This document shows, piece by piece, positions 58,901-64,000 of a DNA stretch of 64,000 nucleotides. Numbering within the stretch: the stretch's first letter is position 1; each line of letters starts with the position of its first letter. The translations under genes were made by a program, and so were the position numbers. This DNA comes from Balanoglossus misakiensis (taxonomy: Eukaryota > Animalia > Hemichordata). The DNA is taken from NCBI GenBank assembly GCA_040954595.2, contig CM082580.2, positions 1,788,783 to 1,852,782 on the forward strand, written 5' to 3'. The notes under the pieces were generated by a model that had not been told where the DNA came from, ran no database searches, and worked only from the letters and a program-made list of their open reading frames with translations.

Positions 58901-61900
58901 GGTGATACACGCAGCGGTTTTCAAGTTTTTGATGTGGACGGATATACAGACATACATCCATCCATACATACAGACGCAACTGATTCCATTAGGTCCCAAA
59001 TGGGACCTAAAAGTTCAAAGCAACCTGACAAGCGCTTTCAGAGAAAAAAGTTTTTGATAAAAATTGTACAAAAATTCCCCAATAACACAAACACGCAATT
59101 TTAAGCATATTTTACATCTTACTTGGGTTACCCCCTAGGAATCTGCGTACCAAATTTCAAAGCATTTTGAGCAAAAATGGCAAAAATTGTTCAAAATTAA
59201 AAATGCCAATTTTACAACAATTTCGATTTGAACAAAACTATGGTAACTCGGACCACCTATAGGCAGCTTCATACTATATTTTGAAGGAGTCAAGAATTTA
59301 TAACAAAACTACCTAAATATTAAAAACCAGACTTTAATAAAAGTCGCACATACAGGTACATGTGTTATGAAATTGTAAACTAACTTCCAAAGCAATCAGA
59401 AAAAATAGTATTACCCCTAGGAATATTCCTACCAAATTTCAATGCAATCAAAAGAACAGTTTCAAAGAAAAACACATTTGTTCAAAAGTGGCAAAAACAC
59501 AAATATGCAAAAATCACTATAATTGTACACCATCTTATTTTAATCACTACAAGGAACATTTCTGCCAAAGTTTGAGATTTGGGGACCTAACCCACCATAA
59601 ATTGCAACAGAATTTTTTTCTTCAGAATATATTTTGGAGAGGTGTCTAGATTAATTGAACCCGAATCCACCTTGTAGAAATATTTCTAATTTGCATACAT
59701 TTAATATTGAAAATTTTGGGGCCAAATATCAAGAAATAAACACGACCTTTTCTATGATTTTAAAGTATAAAAATATTTCATGTACATTAAGAACCATCTT
59801 GAAGTAATATTTATGGGCAGATTTCATAATTTGCATAAATTCAATATGCTGAACAGTATTCCTAGAGTCCCATATTTGGGCTGTATATTGGGTATTACAC
59901 AAGCTATTTTAGTGTTTTTATTCAAAACTATCTGTATGACATTTGGAACAATTTTGAAAAAAAAAAAAAAGTTTACGTTTGCACTTTATATTTTGAATAA
60001 ATTCAATATGGCCACCAAATGAATGTTCTACAGCTTATCATACTCCAGCATATGTAATATAACCCCATACTAAATTTAGAAGGATTCAGACTATCGCTTT
60101 CAGAAGTGAAGATTTTTTTTGCCAATAATGTGGAAAAAGAAAAAAAAATTAATAAACATTAGAAAATTCATAATATTAGCTCAAAACATACAGGACTGTA
60201 TGGGTTCATTGACATACCAATTTTCAGATCAATCTGACCAGTGGTTGTCGAGTTTCTGACTTTTGACCAAATTTCACATTTTCACAGGTAATACTTTCGG
60301 CAATGACAACCTCATTTGAACAAAATCCCATCTACAGCCCCGACTGCATCTACACACTAAATATGGAAGTGATACGCGCAGCGGTTTTCATCCATTCACT
60401 CCATACATACAAATGCAACTGATTCCTCGGGTCCCAATCATATACATGCACATAAACCAAATGGGACCTAAAAATTGCTCCAAAATTATAAATACCCAAA
60501 TTTTGGCAATAATTTAAACAAAACTAAGGTTGGTAACACAGATCACCTATGAAGCTTCATACTAATTATCAAACAAGTCAGCTGATCAATTCCAGAAAAG
60601 TAGATTTTTTACTGCTAATGTGGAAAGAAACAAAAAATGCATTAAAAAAAATCACATTATTAGCCCACAACATATAGAATTGTGTGAGGTTAACGTAAGG
60701 TACATGCATACCAATTTTCAATTTTGAAAGCAATTTGCCCAGTAGTTGTCGAGTTTCAGAGTTGACGAATTAGACACTTTCCCAGTTAATTTGCATATTT
60801 TGGCAATGACAACTTCATTTAGACAAACTCCCATCTACCCCTGTGCCTGCATCTCCACACTAAATATCAAGGTTTCCAAGTGTTTGATGTTGACGGACAT
60901 ACAAACATCCATACATACATCAGGTGCAACTGATCCAATAAGGTCCCATGGTATAAATACAAATACCAAATGGGACATAACAATTCTGATAAAATGCCTA
61001 CATAGCTAGTGTAAAAACACTTGTACCTTCAACGCCCTTGGACAACACATTTTTGTAACTTCCCCAGATCAATGGCTAATATGACTTTCCAAAGGCGACT
61101 AAAATTTGGGGGGGGGGGGGGGGGGGGGCTGATGCAAATTCTGATACATGTACTTCATGATTTAGAGAAATGGTGAAAATCCTGTCAACCAAATTACAGG
61201 GAAATCAGATTTTCCATGTAAAATCATATCACCCAAAAATGTCAAAAGTGTCGAAAATAATTTTGAAACAAAAAGTCTACTCAAAATCATACCAAAATTT
61301 AAAGTTTAATGCAGTTGGGCAAGTAATTTGAGAATGAGGAAATTTACAAAATAATTTATAAATAATTTACAAATGCCGCACACAAACTTACAATTACTAC
61401 CATGGTACCAGCAGAGACATTGCGATCGAGCAATCCCCAAGATATACATGACATGGTCTAATACAAATATTGAATATGTAAAATAAGTACACAACACTTC
61501 CAGTCTTTCAGTACAGTCAGCTGCTTGTGAACAATTTGCAGGTAGGTATTTCATCAAATTTACAGACCAAGTCATGCCTATACAATTCTCCCCTGAGTGA
61601 GTGATGAAAATCTCATATTGTCGACAATTTCAAGATGGCCGATTTTTGCCATGTTAAAGAAATGGGAGTTCATAAGCTAAAGTGATAATGGGTCATTCTT
61701 GAACTTTTTAACAGAAAAAATAACAAAATGTGAAAAAAGTTTAATGAGTTTAATATGCTAACTACAGAGAACGACATGTTTGACCAAAGCATGAAATACA
61801 AAAAATGTATCATTTCTTCTATCTCTTACTACAGTGGGTTGTGGACTTTTCGCCCAGAATGCAATGTGATTTGACGCCTAGTGCAAAGTGAAAACCTATT

Positions 61901-64000
61901 TAAGGCAGCCAGAATGTTCTGCACAGTATGACGGGAAACATTTGTAAAGTCATGGCTAGCGTGGGCTGGTAAGTTTATGGGACTCTCCATGATAACCGAT
62001 TGTGGCTTGCCACCACCATAATTTTGAAAGGGCGACTTCACTGTTTGATGGGAAAAGGTAGCATTTACAAACAAGCTATGGAGCATGTATACAGCAAGTT
62101 GTGCTTACCGGAAAGCGGTCTTGGAAAAGGCCTAGGTATTCTCTTCCTCCTCCGGCATACGTTGAAATGCTGTGTTTAAGACTGTGAATCAAATATATGC
62201 AAATATTAATTAGTAACCAATCAACTTTGTTTTAGAATTATGTGGGCCATACTAATTAGTGAAAATATGCAAAACATGGTATAATGTACGGTCAGACTGT
62301 GCTGCGATAATGTACAACAGTGGAATACGTCGATCTTAAAACTCCATTTACATCAGTACTGCAGTAAAGTGGTCCACATGGGTATATACCCCAAACATTG
62401 CAATTAGGTGACAACTGAAACTGACATGATATCAGATTCTGTAAATGACAGAAGGTGTACACGCACTTTGACATCTATGTAACACTGTACAATGATTTCT
62501 TTGTTTGTTGTGAAAATGAAACTTGCATTTGATCCATCTCACTTTTCATACAACTGATTAGCATAAGAATGTACATTGTTGGCAATTATAAAACATTTAT
62601 TTAAGTATAGAAAAGTAAGCCTTAAAATTTAAACTTTAAATATCAGTATACTAAAATGTTTCAAACGTGGCTGTCAGTATATCTCATGGCGTGGTGGCGG
62701 AAGTAGATGTTGTTACCAGGGAAGACATATTGAACACAGACAAGCCCAATAGTCGCTTGGTGATTTTTTATCTTTATAAAGATTCTCAAAACTTTTTGTG
62801 CATTTAGTAGCTTTGAGCAAGTTTCTGGTACTGATCAGATTTCCGAATTCAGGACTGCGCTTCTCTGGCTTTGGTCACCATCAGCCAATGTGATCCTACG
62901 CACACATTTTTGAAGAAAAAAAATCCAGCCTGTTTGTGTCATGATTTATATTTTCTTTGCGGCCTAAGGTATTGTTTTATTTCACTCTAAACAACATTAC
63001 TTTCCTTCATGTGTCTATACATAATAATAGATCTCTTAGCCAGTTTGATTAAGCATGGTGTTGGACTAGCACACTTTCAGCCAAAGTTACGGTATCTCCC
63101 TGTGTATTGATATGGGAGTAATTTCTAGCTATATGGTAGGAAACGCATCCAAATTTAATTTATGCATCACATGAAGATTTGAACTTGACCATTTAATTCA
63201 TGTCATCACGATCATATCACAGGCAATCGAGGCCAGAATTCGAAGGGAAAAAAAAGTATTGATAACTGGAATGTGTAAATTAGTTCGTAGACATACAAAT
63301 TGCTTCCTATTGCTTCGGTTGCAAAGCCCGATAAAAGCAAATATATAGCAAGTCATGCTTACCATTGAGCGGTCTTAAACTCGCCCCAGACGAGGAAGAG
63401 AATCCTGAGTTGAAATGCAGGCAATCTCAGGCAGCATCTGAGAATCAAATAGACCTAGAAGTTAGTAACCAGTCATAGTAGCTCTAAGTTGGATGTAAAA
63501 GTCTAAGTTGGGTGTACCAACTCACCTTGTTAACAGTAACTTTCAAAGAAACTGGGCAATTGGTTCAAGAGAAGATTTGCTATCCAAAAACAAAGAATTT
63601 ACAACAAAACTACCTAAATATTAAAAACCAGACTTTAATAAAAGTCGCACATACAGGTACATGTGTTATGAAATTGTAAACCAACTTCTAAAGCAATCAG
63701 AAAAAAAATTTGGGTTACCCCTAGGAATTTTCCTACCATATTTCAAAGCCATCAAAAAAGCAGTTTCAAAGAAAAACACATTTGTTCAAAAGTGGCAAAA
63801 ACACAAATATGCAAAAATCACTATAATTGTACACCATCTTACTTCAATGACTACAAGGAACATTCCTGCCAAAGTTCAAAGCAACCAGACAACGGTTTGA
63901 ACGTTTTCAGAGAAAACAGTTTTTGACAAAGATTGCATAAAATATCTCCAAATAAGACAAAGATGAAGTTTTAACCATTTTTAAGACATCTCACTTGGGT
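52900..64000. repeat. Old degenerate interspersed-repeat region with an internal segmental duplication
   Basis: Recurrent CATACCAAATTTCAAAGCAATCTGACAAG..TTTCAGAGAAAA blocks. Paralogous pairs: ~56950-57360 with ~62075-62420, and ~59305-59565 with ~63605-63875. Confidence 0.65.

Overview
AT-rich, intron-containing animal genomic DNA; a marine invertebrate is my inference and the taxon cannot be fixed from sequence alone. The window is almost entirely transposon-derived. (1) 0.9-1.8 kb: decayed piggyBac. (2) 2.8 kb: one 99-nt ankyrin-repeat host exon on the minus strand. (3) 3.4-20.4 kb: a nested stack of at least seven non-autonomous Helentron (Helitron2-type) elements. Each inserted into the AAG/AAAG tract near one end of the previous copy or directly against a terminus, and they close in last-in-first-out order. 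One copy also carries an RTE-X-like LINE with a 14-bp TSD and a 2.2-kb TIR element. (4) 20.4-29.8 kb: an autonomous-type Helentron with OTU protease, Zn finger, HUH Rep and a truncated Pif1 helicase. (5) 29.8-32.4 kb: a CAC...GTG TIR element without a TSD, joining that element to (6) the helicase + AP-endonuclease end of a second, divergent Helentron. (7) 39.2-42.5 kb: an unannotated six-coding-exon gene for a ~274-aa tandem OB-fold (RPA/SSB-like) protein, invisible in the ORF track. (8) 45-50 kb: a 90-bp satellite of ~56 copies. (9) Smaller tandem arrays and an old duplicated, repeat-rich region to the end. There are no CRISPR arrays, rRNA or tRNA genes. The most notable items are the OB-fold gene beside the Helentron, the self-targeted nesting, the chimeric Helentron junction, and the perfect nuclear-receptor DR1+DR4 motifs in the ~180-bp Helentron repeat.
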